A stretch of DNA of 64,000 nt from Histomonas meleagridis 2922-C6/04-290x (Eukaryota; Protista; Parabasalia), in contig JAANOX010000096.1 in assembly GCA_020184695.1 (NCBI GenBank), forward strand, positions 1 through 64,000. Direction: 5' to 3'. The position numbers and the translations under genes were made by a program. Positions 1 to 10,543 of this stretch are shown piece after piece. A model generated the notes under the pieces. That model was not told the DNA's origin. It made no database searches and saw only the letters and a list, made by a program, of their open reading frames with translations. Position 1 is the stretch's first letter; the number at the start of each line of letters is the position of its first letter.

Positions 1-1072
1 GACATTGAAGCTTCTTTTATATTTTCTTTTTGCTTCACTGTTCGGAATTCTTCTTAAATTTACTTTCGACACATCCATTAACATAAAGAATGTAAATAAA
101 TTTTCATAAAATTCAGGCGTGAATGAATCAGCAAGTTTTGAGAAATAATCAAAATCTTGTAAATGCTTATCACTTGTTTTTGTTACAACATATCTTCTAT
201 CATAACTTTCAATCTTTATTGGAACATCATTATTCGATACCATTATAAAATTCGCAACATTTTCTGTTTCTCTCATCGGTTCATTTTTTTGATTTATATT
301 TATTGTTTTATCTGTTATAATAGATTTTAATGCATCGGAATTTAAAAATTTATTTGTATCAATACTTTGTAGTTCATTTAAAACCAGTAATTTTTTGTTT
401 TCCAATGTTGCATTAAATTTACCGACTACTGATTCTATATTCGTAACATTTTCATTTGCGTATCTTGCCATTAATTTGCAAATTACATCTGTAAAGAATG
501 TATTTTTTCCTGTTCCTTGATTTCCTAATATAACTAAAGCAACTCCAGTTTTAAAATTTGGTTTTTGAAGAATGCTCGCGATCCAAATTAGAATATATCT
601 ATAAATTTCTTCATTACCATTTGCTATTACTTCTCTCACATGATCTAAAAACGGTTGTATAATTTCTGTTTTTACTTTATCAAGCTTTTTATAATCATAA
701 CCTCTAAAGTAAGAAAAAATTTGAGGGTCTTCGGAATAAAATTTTAATGCCTTCACCGTGAATATTTTTTTTATTTTCTAAATATAAATCCCAGGCGGAA
801 ACATTTTTTGTTTTGTTTCCTTCAGTTCTTTTGCCAATAATTATTTTTTTTTTTTTTTTTTTTGCAACGTTTTCTGATGTGTAACTTACTTTAACATAAT
901 CATTCACTGCGTCATAATCTTTAAACATGAATACTTCAGGTGTTGAATCGCAGGCTAAGAAACATTTCTTTAAATCGATTATTGCGTCATCTCCGTTTAA
1001 ATCATAGGGAGCATTATTTCTAATATCCATTAGATTGAATTTGTCGTTTATATCAATACTTACCTCTGACAT
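1..1072 (-). CDS. SF3 (poxvirus D5-like / NrS-1-type) helicase of a Maverick/Polinton-like or virus-like element; one frameshift; runs off the window start
   Basis: Manual minus-strand translation of 780->1 is open. It contains Walker A (ALVILGNQGTGKNTF, 540-496), Walker B (KLLVLNE), motif C (FIMVSNN) and an arginine finger (DRRY). The N-terminal part (ORF 704..1255, likely ATG at 1072) joins this frame if one A is removed from the A8 run at 772-765. Confidence 0.8.
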
Positions 1073-1126
1073 CTTTTTAGTAAGAATAAAAAAACAAAAA
1101 ACTACTTCAAAACTAAGCTTAATTTC

Positions 1127-1546
1127 CTTACTTACCTTACTCTTACTTACCTTGGTTTTTGTCCGCATGTATTTATCCTCTTTCTTAAATTTTCTAGTTT
1201 TTATAGGTAAGTTAGGTAAGAGTAAGTAAGGTTTTAATATTTTTATTTTTCGCACATGTTTCCTTAAAACCTACCGTTAATCCTAATTTTCAATCATCCT
1301 CTCGTCGTTAATGCTTTCTTTTATGTAGCGCGGCTTGAAGCGAGCGTATCACGCGAAGCTTCAATAGCGCTGTGTGTGTGTGTGTTTTGTAACTGAATAG
1401 TAGTCTGAATTCATTAAGAGTGAAGTGATGGAGTGACATTTTTATGATTGTGTATTTTGGCCATTCGTTCATTGAAATAAGTTTGCCATGCGACCAAACA
1501 ATAACCGTCGCTTTTTGACTACTAACCTCCGACCAAATAATAACCG
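1127..1546. repeat. Structured non-coding region upstream of the helicase: TTAC(C) inverted repeat, GC-rich hairpin, (TG)n and 17-bp direct repeats
   Basis: ccttacttacctta.. (~1127-1153) is an imperfect inverted repeat of ..aggtaagagtaagtaagg (~1205-1232). Hairpin 1327-1371 (AGCGC/GCGCT, TTGAAGC/GCTTCAA, GCG/CGC) is followed by a TG run. cgaccaaa(c/t)aataaccg occurs at 1491-1507 and 1530-1546. Confidence 0.6.
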
Positions 1547-3320
1547 GGGAGAATTTGTGCTGGTTATACGAGGTTTTTGATAGGTTTATGCGGAAAGTGG
1601 CATAAAAAGTGCTATCGTCCCTATGAAAAAGTTTCGCGTTCTCTCAAAATTGAATGCGCATTCAAATTCGTGAGATCTATTTTGTTTTGGAAGATATTTT
1701 TGTTTCATTTCGGTAATAATTAATTAGAAAGTTTAATACAGATAAAAAAGGTATGTGAATTGACTAACTTTATTCGTATTTTATTGCAACAGAGAATTAA
1801 AGCGGTTTTGACATTTTGAATTTATAGACTTTATAAAGTCTTTTTCAACCAACTTTCTCTTCTATAGATTTCTTTTTAATTTTAAAATTATTTGATGTGT
1901 ATTTAATACATTTCAGATTTTAGTATATGAGGAAAGTAGACAAATTTTCATGAAAATATAATAATTTTTATAATATTTCCTTTGAATTTAGTCACTTTCC
2001 TTTAAATTTGTGTTCGATATAATACATAAACGGTCGTCTAAGCAAATTGGACTTTCCAATTAACCACATATAAACCAGTCTATACGCGTACTCGTATATG
2101 ATTAAATATCTTCTACAATTGATAAAATTACCAAATTTTTTTATAAAATTTTATAATCGATTAGAATGTTAAAATTTTTTATGTGAAAAAAAATGTATTT
2201 TTTACAAAAAATTCAATATTTATTCATTTTCTACAATTTTGATAAAAACATGATTTTGATTTTACGAATTTGTTTATAAAATTATTTTAGTAATATAACT
2301 CTATAATGAATATTTTTTAATATATTTTTGTTTTAAATTATTTTATAGTTTTGACATTCTGCCTTACAAATCAGATATTATCCCTTTCTAAAATCATTTG
2401 TTATTATGATTTAAACTATTCATTGTTTTGTTTCCTGTTCGCTAATATTTGTGTGCATTCCTATGTAATTAAAATAATTAAATTCATATATGTCCTTTTA
2501 TCATTTAAATTTACTTCTATATTAAGCTGAATAAATTTCAAACTTCAATTGATATTTCATATGAAATATTTTTATTTGGAATAAAAGCAAAATTATCCAT
2601 AGTATTCAGAGCGTCATATCTTTGATTTTGATGTATTTCTTAGAAAAGCATGCGATACACATTTTGGTGGAGATAATCGAATTAATTCGTAATAATTTGC
2701 ATATAAATTCCAAAAAAGTTTAAATGTGACTTAAGGTAAGCGCTACGTGCATTACTATCATCATGTGAAAGAGCGAACATTATCCCCAGCCACATCCACT
2801 ACAATTGTTTGTGATTCATGATATGAAGGACACAACTTTATGGATAACATTTCACGTGCAATGTTCGAAAACTTAAGTGATGAACTTTTCAGATCAACAA
2901 TGACACAAACTGCACAAGTATTAAGGGATGCGAGCATGTCCAAGTCAGATGTCACATTAAGATAAAAATATTATAAAAATTTCAGTGTATGTCAGTGGTC
3001 TACAATCTTTTCTAAGTTGGATGCTATTAACATCAGCTCGTAAAACATCATCTGGGTATTATGATACTTTCATGAAAATTTAGATTCATCTGTATATTAG
3101 ATTTTGTATTGACGAAGATATTAGAAATCTATTATTATGATGTAAAAAAATTAATTAGTTAGTGCTATAGAATTTAATCAAGTAGATTATATGACATTAT
3201 TTGCTTCAATTGCAATTGAACATATCCGATAAGACTGAGATTTCTATCGTTTAATTTTGGGGTGGCCTAGCCGTCTTTCAAAAACATTTTCTCACTTATC
3301 CTGTTTCAACAATAAGATAA

Positions 3321-5300
3321 ATGGGAAATAGTCAAACGCAAATCAAAGAAGAAAATATAGATTCAATAGGAATGTTACAACAAATAGAAAATTATATCTT
3401 TAAAATGAACGAAAATAATATTCCAGAAACAGTTGAATCAACATTATTTATTAAAACCCATCAATATCCATATTCATTTAAGCTTATAATTTGTCAATTA
3501 CTTTATTCGTATTTTTAAATGGGAAATGAAAATATTCAATTAGTTTTTGAATATATAAAATTATTTAAAATGAAAGAAGAAGAATTATATAAGGAAAATA
3601 AAGATACAAATAATGAAACGAAAGAAGATAATATCATTAATATTTTTACAGATTTTCTTTTTAATTTTGAAACACAAGAATCGAATTATATTCTCGAAAG
3701 ATTAACGGAAAATAAAATAATTGAAGAAAATAAGATCAGATATATAAACTCGTTGTTATTTATTCACTATAAAAGAAAAAGCGAAATTAAAAATATAAAA
3801 TCTAATTTTCTACAATCAATTTTAGATAATTACAAAGAGCTTTCGAAGAATGATTTTGCACTTCATAAGCAATTGATTAAAGAAGGACATAATCCAAATG
3901 AAATTGCAAAAATAATTCGAAATGATGAAATAGAAAAACTTCAAGAAATATCATCACAAACAAATTTTGATTTTAATCAAACAATTAAACCATCACTTTA
4001 TGAAAGTTGGATTTGTTTTTTATTATAATTATGAAATACTTTCATTTCTAATTGATAAAGAAAATAAAAATTTTGAGGAACTTATCAAAACTTCGATTAA
4101 AACTGGAAATATATTTTTATTTAAATATTTTGTAAATAATAATATAGATAAAATCCCTAAAAATGTTTTAAGTTTAATTTTAATTTCAAGAAATAAAGAA
4201 CTTTTTAAAGATATTCTTAAAAATAAATTTATATTGATTAAAAGTAATGATGATATTTAATTAATTTATTTATAGTTTTATATCAAAAATTTAATAACAT
4301 TTTATTTAATTATTTTATTTACAAATTATAAATAATTTTAATTTTAGTTCTACAGAAATGTATCAGTTCTTATTCAAGCAAAAAGCAATAGGAATTAATG
4401 CTAATACAGCACTTATGTATGCATCATCACGTGGTCGTACAGAAATAGTTAAATTACTTCTTGAACAAAAAGGAATTGATATTAATGCTAAAAATGAAAT
4501 TTATTTTAATAATTTATTATTTCAAAATAATATTTGGAAATTATTTAAATTATTTTGGATAGCACTTATTTATGCATCTTTCAATGGTCATACAGAAATA
4601 GTAAAATTACTTCTTGAACAAGAAAGAATTGATATTAATGCTAAAGATATTTATTTGTTTTATTTTATATTGATTTTAATAATTTTCTATATCAAAATAA
4701 TATTTGGAAATCATTTCAAATATTTAGAACAGCACTTATGTATGCATCATCACGTGGTCGTACAGAAATAGTTAAATTACTTCTTGAACAAAAAGGAATT
4801 GATATTAATGCTCAAGATATTTATTTGTTTTATTTAAAATTTATTTTAATCATATTTTATTTCAAAATAATATTTGGAAATTATTTAGATTGTTTGATAC
4901 AGCATTTATGTATGCTTCTAAAGAGAATAAAACAGAAATAGTTAAATTACTTCTTGAACAAAAAGGAATTGAAACTAATGCTCAAGATATTTGTTTGTTT
5001 TATTTAAAATTTATTTTAATCATATTTTATTTCAAAATAATATTTGAAAATTATTTAGATTATTTAAATTATTTTGAACGGCATCTGAAAATGGGCGTGG
5101 AAAAATAGTTAAAATATTACTTAAACAACAAAACATTGATATAAATGCTAAAAATTTATATATTTTTCAAATAATATTTATATAAATTATTTTGGATTTC
5201 AATATAATATTTGGGGTTTATTTATATTTATTAAAACATTAATAAAAGCTCTTGAAAATGAAAGAATAAAAGTTTTTAAATTACTATTAAAAAAAAGATA
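3321..5300 (+). pseudogene. DUF3447-type ankyrin-repeat gene (gene A), damaged, with 17-nt element arrays in its linkers
   Basis: MGNSQT start; in-frame TAA at 3516-3518; IAKIIRNDEIEKLQEISSQTNFDFNQTIKPSLYE motif followed by a large internal deletion and frameshift near 4000; then TALMYAS..TEIVKLLLEQKGIDINAK repeats at 4405-5300. Confidence 0.8.
4499..5232 (+). other. Arrays of 17-nt intervening elements alternating with single codons (19 elements in 5 linkers)
   Basis: Inserts 4649-4728, 4819-4898 and 5156-5235 are each exactly 80 nt = 4x(17+3), giving D-YSGR-TAL, D-KFGD-TAF and N-NWGK-T. The linker at 4496-4558 has only 3 elements (N-EIGW-IAL). The linker from 4989 is degenerate at its 3' end. 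Confidence 0.8.
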
Positions 5301-5334
5301 ATATTGAGATAAATATAAGTGATGTTTTTTATAT

Positions 5335-6172
5335 TTGCACCATTCATTAATAAAAATTTCAATGTTTCCACCTGCAACTGCATATTTACCAGCATTTACT
5401 ACATTTGTGTTTTCTACTTGAGCACCATTTATAAGTAAATATTTAAAACATTTAACTGATGAAAAAAATGCTGCATAATTAATTAATGAAACATTTTCTT
5501 TATTAATAAATGAACATCTTTCATAAAGTGAAGTTTCAATTATTTGATTATAATTAAAATTCGCTTGTGATGATATTTCTTGAAGTTTTTCGATTTCATC
5601 ATTTCGAACTATTTTTGATATTTCACTTGGATTAAATCCTTTCTTAATTAACTTCTTATGAAGTTCCTAATCATTCTTTGAAAGTTCTGAATAATGACTT
5701 GAAAAAGACTTTTTAAATTTATTATTTTCTTCCATTGGTTCATTTAGTCATATTTTAAGTTCTGGTGGTGACTCGTAGCGGGCAAAAAATAATGATTTGC
5801 TTTTATTAAGATCATCGGAATTAATAATCTTTTGATGAATCAATTCATTAAGAATATAAACGATTGGGTATATAAACCAAGAAAATATTGAAGACATAAA
5901 TTTATTATTTTATTTTCCTTTTCGATGTTTTTCTCTTTTATTTAAAAAACAATTGTTAACAATTGTTAAAAAACTTTTTCCTTTTGAGAAACTATTGATG
6001 AAAGAATTATTAAGTAAATCTTAATAACCATAAATTTAAAAGAAAATGATGAATCATTACTGTATAGTTCCACTTTATATTGCCTAATCCCATATAATTA
6101 TTGAACTGATGCATCAAAGTTTTCATCTTTTAAATTAAAAATGATATCTTCTAGTTGAAATAATGTTTCCAT
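5335..6172 (-). pseudogene. Second DUF3447-type ankyrin-gene N-terminal fragment, tail-to-tail with gene A
   Basis: The minus strand reads ELHKKLIKKGFNPSEISKIVRNDEIEKLQEISSQANFNYNQIIETSLYERCSFINKENVSLINYAAFFSSVKCFKYLLING..AGKYAVAGGNIEI, with upstream stops and no ankyrin repeats retained. Confidence 0.75.
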
Positions 6173-6404
6173 TCATGAAAATAAAGTTTGGTATAAGTTT
6201 TTGAAAAATGAGAAATCAAAAAAAAAAAAAAAACATTTTCATAATAACTATTTAATTAGTAATAATACCTTGAACAAACCATATTTAATTTAACTCAAAA
6301 TGGTATTGAACACTTGCTCAAACAAAGAAATTATTTGATATAACTTTATTATATAATATAAATAATATGAAAATGATAACTGTGATGCTCGCTTTTCATT
6401 TGGC

Positions 6405-6929
6405 TTATTTTGATGGTTTTTTCTTATTCATTTTTGAATAATTCATTTCAAGGTATTCACGAAATCCTTCATCCTTAGCCAAAGATTCTGCAATTGTTGG
6501 AGCCCTATAGCGTTTAGCAACTCTTCCTCTTCTTCCTTCAATTGGATTATCTTGAACAACACCAAATTGAAGAAATTCTGGTGGTTTTTCGGGAAGTTCT
6601 ACAGCACCTGCGCCTCCTCTTTTTAGCACAGATCTCATTCGTAGAATTTCCCAGTCTCTTTTATCTTCTTCAGTAAGATTAGCTTTGGGAATATTAAACC
6701 AATTATCGCCAGAAGTTTCACTTTTTTGCTTTGGTTTTTCTGGTTCTATTCTAAATGGATCACTCGTTGCCTTTTTCATTGCTTCATCAATCCTTTTTTG
6801 TTTTGAAGATTCAAGTATATCACCAAAAACAAAATTTTCATTTTTTTCTATTTGAATTTCATTCACCTTAGGAGTTTTTTCCTGTGTTTGTTTTGTTTTA
6901 AGAGCAATCAGTTTGTCCCAGTCTGCCAT
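6405..6929 (-). CDS. FCF2: Fcf2/DNTTIP2-like pre-rRNA processing protein
   Basis: NWFNIPKANLTEEDKRDWEILRMRSVL...PEFLQFGVVQDNP matches the Fcf2 domain pattern as I recall it (WFxMP..LT.E.KRD..LLxMR..L..P.YFQ.G.I). Confidence 0.8.
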   Translation of the reverse strand: MADWDKLIALKTKQTQEKTPKVNEIQIEKNENFVFGDILESSKQKRIDEAMKKATSDPFRIEPEKPKQKSETSGDNWFNIPKANLTEEDKRDWEILRMRSVLKRGGAGAVELPEKPPEFLQFGVVQDNPIEGRRGRVAKRYRAPTIAESLAKDEGFREYLEMNYSKMNKKKPSK

Positions 6930-7279
6930 TAAATAAATACAAAAATTTAGAATTTGTCACTTTTTTACTCGACCAAAATGTAACGTCACTTTTTTAAAAT
7001 GATAGAAACGAAAATCAACAACAAAATTCTTTACATAATTCAAATATGTAGTTAGAATAAAATTACTTGCATAAATTTTATTTATGTGGCGTTACTTGAA
7101 TATTCATCATATCCTCTCATGAAAACAGTTAAGTTGTCATAAATGCCAAATCCTTTGATCTTAAAGATCAATAAATATAATAATATATTTATCATAAAGA
7201 ACTCCATCATTGGATTATTAATAGATACATTAATAAATTACAGACATACTGCTAATGGAATAACAGAAGAAGAAATTAT

Positions 7280-7862
7280 GAAATATTTCAATGAATTAAT
7301 TCATAGTTTTAAATATATTTCAATTATAGCAATTTCAAAAGAAGAACTTTTATAAAATGTGTATGAACCAATTGGTGTAAAAGTATTTGAAATATTATTA
7401 TTTGTAAAATGAAAAATTTTCAATTAACTCAACTGTACTTGGTAAATATCTTTTGATTTCCAGTTGGATAACTAATAATTTTTGTTATTTTTTAGTTATA
7501 AATATTTCATCATCATTATAATTATCATAATTCGTATTTCCAACTGATACTTTAATAAATTATGTAAAAACATAATTTCCAATTGAAGCATGAACGAAAT
7601 ATTTCAGTTTTACCGATAGTATCATATTTCCTAATAACGACAGATTCAATAAAATAACTTCGATTTAAAGCATGCGAACTTATGGTAATAATATAATCAA
7701 TGCGTTCTATTTGAAGTATTGTAATTACTTAAGTAACTTAGTTACGAAGACATATTCTCTTGTTGTCTCACTTGAATTCATTATTGTAAGTGCTTTCATC
7801 AAATATTTCAAAGTATGAAATAAAAATAGAGCACAAACAAGATGAAAAGAAATAATTTTCAT
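7280..7862 (-). pseudogene. Degenerate BspA-like LRR gene relic
   Basis: Signal-peptide-like start (MKIISFHLVCALFLFH) and fragmentary TISSHA/IGSYTF/IENFSF-type LRR_5 motifs across several frames with many stops. Confidence 0.35.
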
Positions 7863-8162
7863 ATTTGAAAAATGTTTGGTGAAACAAGCATCAAATAAGA
7901 TCATTCCACCAAATTTTCAAGGAATTCCTTCTGGTTTTTTACCTAGAACAATTTACAAATAATTCAATAAACATTTTTGATAAACGCTGAAAACTTTTTA
8001 ATGATTTTAACAATAATTTAATAACAATAAATAAAATATATTCATTCAAGAAAACAATCAAATTGTTAAAATATATATTTTGAATTTTATCAACATTTTT
8101 TTATAAGAAATTTCATATGGAAAACATGAGAACAAAATTAATTAATCAAAGTTGATAGATAT

Positions 8163-9017
8163 TTAATAAATATGTTTTTCTTTGAGCAAATCCCATAATT
8201 TGTTCAATGTCATTTCTTTAATTTTTATTCCCTCCAAAGCCTTTGGCATTACACTTTTTACGCTTTCTGTTTTTGCATTTTTTGTTATCTCTTTATGCAA
8301 ATACCATTTAGCAGTATCAGTGTTGCAATCCAATTCTTGGAGCGCTAATTTCGATGCTAAACATGCTTGCACCCTTTTCTTGTATGGAAGGTTCTTATAC
8401 ATCCCAGGGCTTCCTGCGTATTGTTTTAATGCTTTGCAGAGCTCTTCAACTGTCATTCCTTCTTCGTGCGTTTTGAGAATGGTACTGATTCGTTTTTGAA
8501 ATGGAATCACTGGTTCGCCGATACAACGACTTCGTTCCCGCGGCGCTTCTGGTGTGTTTGGACCCCATTTTTCTGGATCCTCGGGTGAACGGACAAATAA
8601 AAATCTGGAGCCTTTTTGAATAGAATAATTGACATGTAAGATGCGCTTATCTGGAATTTGAGTAATCTTTCGTTCCGCTTTGGAAACAATATAATCCCAG
8701 AACTTATGAAGAAATTCAAGAACTTGTTCATCCGTGGCATATCCGCCATAAAGATTCATACAATAAAGTATTGCTTTTTGAACTGATGATAATTTGCGTA
8801 TTGGTTGCCCTGCAATTTCAAACGGATGTTTAACATTGTCCATGTCACTTGGGTTAATGGAATTAAGATCTGGAACTTGATTTTTTGTATCATTTTTTCC
8901 AGATGGTTTGGTATTTTTTCTTTTGACGTCATGAATCTCTTCATTTGAAGCTTTAAGTGTGCTTTGGTTATCAGACTTCCTACGTACGAATAAAGCTTTT
9001 CTTTTTCCTCTTGCCAT
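8163..9017 (-). CDS. Hypothetical nuclear protein with two winged-helix-like segments
   Basis: 284-aa ORF from the ATG at 9017 with a basic N-terminus (MARGKRK). LSSVQKAILYCMNLYGGYATDEQVLEFL and FQKRISTILKTHEEGMTVEELCKALK resemble wHTH starts (inference). Confidence 0.6.
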   Translation of the reverse strand: MARGKRKALFVRRKSDNQSTLKASNEEIHDVKRKNTKPSGKNDTKNQVPDLNSINPSDMDNVKHPFEIAGQPIRKLSSVQKAILYCMNLYGGYATDEQVLEFLHKFWDYIVSKAERKITQIPDKRILHVNYSIQKGSRFLFVRSPEDPEKWGPNTPEAPRERSRCIGEPVIPFQKRISTILKTHEEGMTVEELCKALKQYAGSPGMYKNLPYKKRVQACLASKLALQELDCNTDTAKWYLHKEITKNAKTESVKSVMPKALEGIKIKEMTLNKLWDLLKEKHIY

Positions 9018-9974
9018 GTATTTTATGCATTCAAAATTTTTCGGGTTTGAATAACTCAACCTTCAAAACCGATAAATATCCATTGAAAAATGCTTTTTTT
9101 TAACTTTTTTAGTACCAAACCTGTGCACAGGGAGCTCTCACACAGCTGTATTTAATGTCATAGTAACATGTTATATAGCTTGAATTGTTATGTTTTTATG
9201 GATTTACTATGTATGTTAATATACTTTGTACTGCGATCTTCCTGTGATTCAATCATCGAATGTTTATCGTTTCCATATGACGATATTTTATCGGGATTCG
9301 TGAAAATTATCACACTCTCGATAACAACTCATTCAACCAATTTGAAAACAACTTTTGAATATAAATACGATATTTTTGCATTCAACTTTATGAGCGGATA
9401 AACTTTTTGTAATGCTTAATTTATTAAAAAGCATACAAGCATTTATGATTATTCGAACGAATACAAAGTTAAATCAAAATAGAAATTTGTTTAATGTGAT
9501 AGCTAAAAATTTTAAGAAAACTTTATATATTAAAAAATAGATTTACTCATTTTTAGGGTTTCTCTTCCTTTTTACCATTTGCTTTTATCTGATCAGTATT
9601 ATCTTTTGCTTGTGTTAGATTTTGTTCTGTTGAAAGTTTAATCATTTTGCCATTTATTTTATTTGAATTAAGATATCATCTGGTTTTTACTCTGGATTTG
9701 GTAATTAAGTAATTTCTTCCATTGATTTACCTGAACTTTTGTAAATTCCGTTTTCTTATCTGCTTCTAAACTTACTTTTTTGTTTTCATCTAGTTGATAT
9801 TTACCAAATATTTTGTTATATTTATTTTCGATTTTTCTTCTAATTGATCTCATTTCTATTGTATACAAGATTTTTCACCCTTTTTAATTTTGTGTATTTT
9901 AATTTTGGCTTCGAATTTCGCCTATTGCAAAGCATATGCTCCATTAGATTTACCGGCGAAGCAAAGTCACTTCT

Positions 9975-10101
9975 AATGCACTTCATATAGTAGTTAAAAA
10001 TAATAATATAGAAATAGTAAAATTACTTTTAGTTAAAGGAATTGATGCTAATGAAAAAACCATTCATTTAAATAATTTGTAATATGTTTTACTAATTTAA
10101 A
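9975..10101 (+). pseudogene. Solo ankyrin-repeat fragment carrying two 17-nt elements
   Basis: NALHIVVKNNNIEIVKLLLVKGIDANEKT, then [10062-10078] gta [10082-10098] aaa. Confidence 0.65.
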
Positions 10102-10374
10102 ATTATTATTTAATTCGAACTCATTTGTGTGAAGTGAGAAAATTAATTATTGCGTTAATTTCAAAGAAATGCATGATCATATCTATTTTAAAATACATTG
10201 ATCAACATATAGATGATGTTCAAATCGAAAATAAAATAAATTTTATATAAAATAAGTGTAAAAAAATAATTTTAAAAGATAAAAAAATATCAAAAACATT
10301 CAGTTCGCACTGGGTTGTTATTAGATACTTTCCCAAATGGGCATCAGCTAGCCGATATTATATAATAGATACTA

Positions 10375-10538
10375 AATAATGAAATAGGAAAACTTCAAGA
10401 AATATCATCGCATACAAATTTTGAGTTATACCAAACAATTGAACCATCACTTTATGCAACATTTCATCGATTGATTATTCAGCATTTTTTTCACCATTTA
10501 AATGTTTTAAACATTTACTTATGAATGATTCAAAATGA
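10375..10538 (+). pseudogene. Short DUF3447 fragment
   Basis: NNEIGKLQEISSHTNFELYQTIEPSLYA.. followed by a frameshifted ..FKCFKHLLMNDSK. Confidence 0.6.
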
Positions 10539-10543
10539 TCTCT

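Noticed and set aside
2761-2955. 64-aa ORF in a moderately GC-rich patch
   Set aside because: No recognisable family; possibly a relic, but unsupported.
3516-3518. Stop-codon reassignment (in-frame TAA in gene A; hydrophobic IYLFY.. read-through ORFs)
   Set aside because: All housekeeping genes end at standard stops with no internal ones. The hydrophobic peptides are translations of T-rich elements, and gene A has other lesions.
4860-4881. Conserved hairpin TTTCAAAATAATATTTGGAAA as the functional signal
   Set aside because: No covariation among copies. The conservation is explained by slot-3 sequence plus the Gly codon, whose third base varies synonymously and breaks the pairing.
4819-4898. 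Programmed -1 frameshift at TTTAAAA, or one T4 gene 60-like ATT-to-ATT hop of 53 nt
   Set aside because: The slippery site is not conserved, other units have stops in conflicting frames, and the products would carry 9-27 residue linkers rather than the canonical xxGx that the 4x17 model gives.
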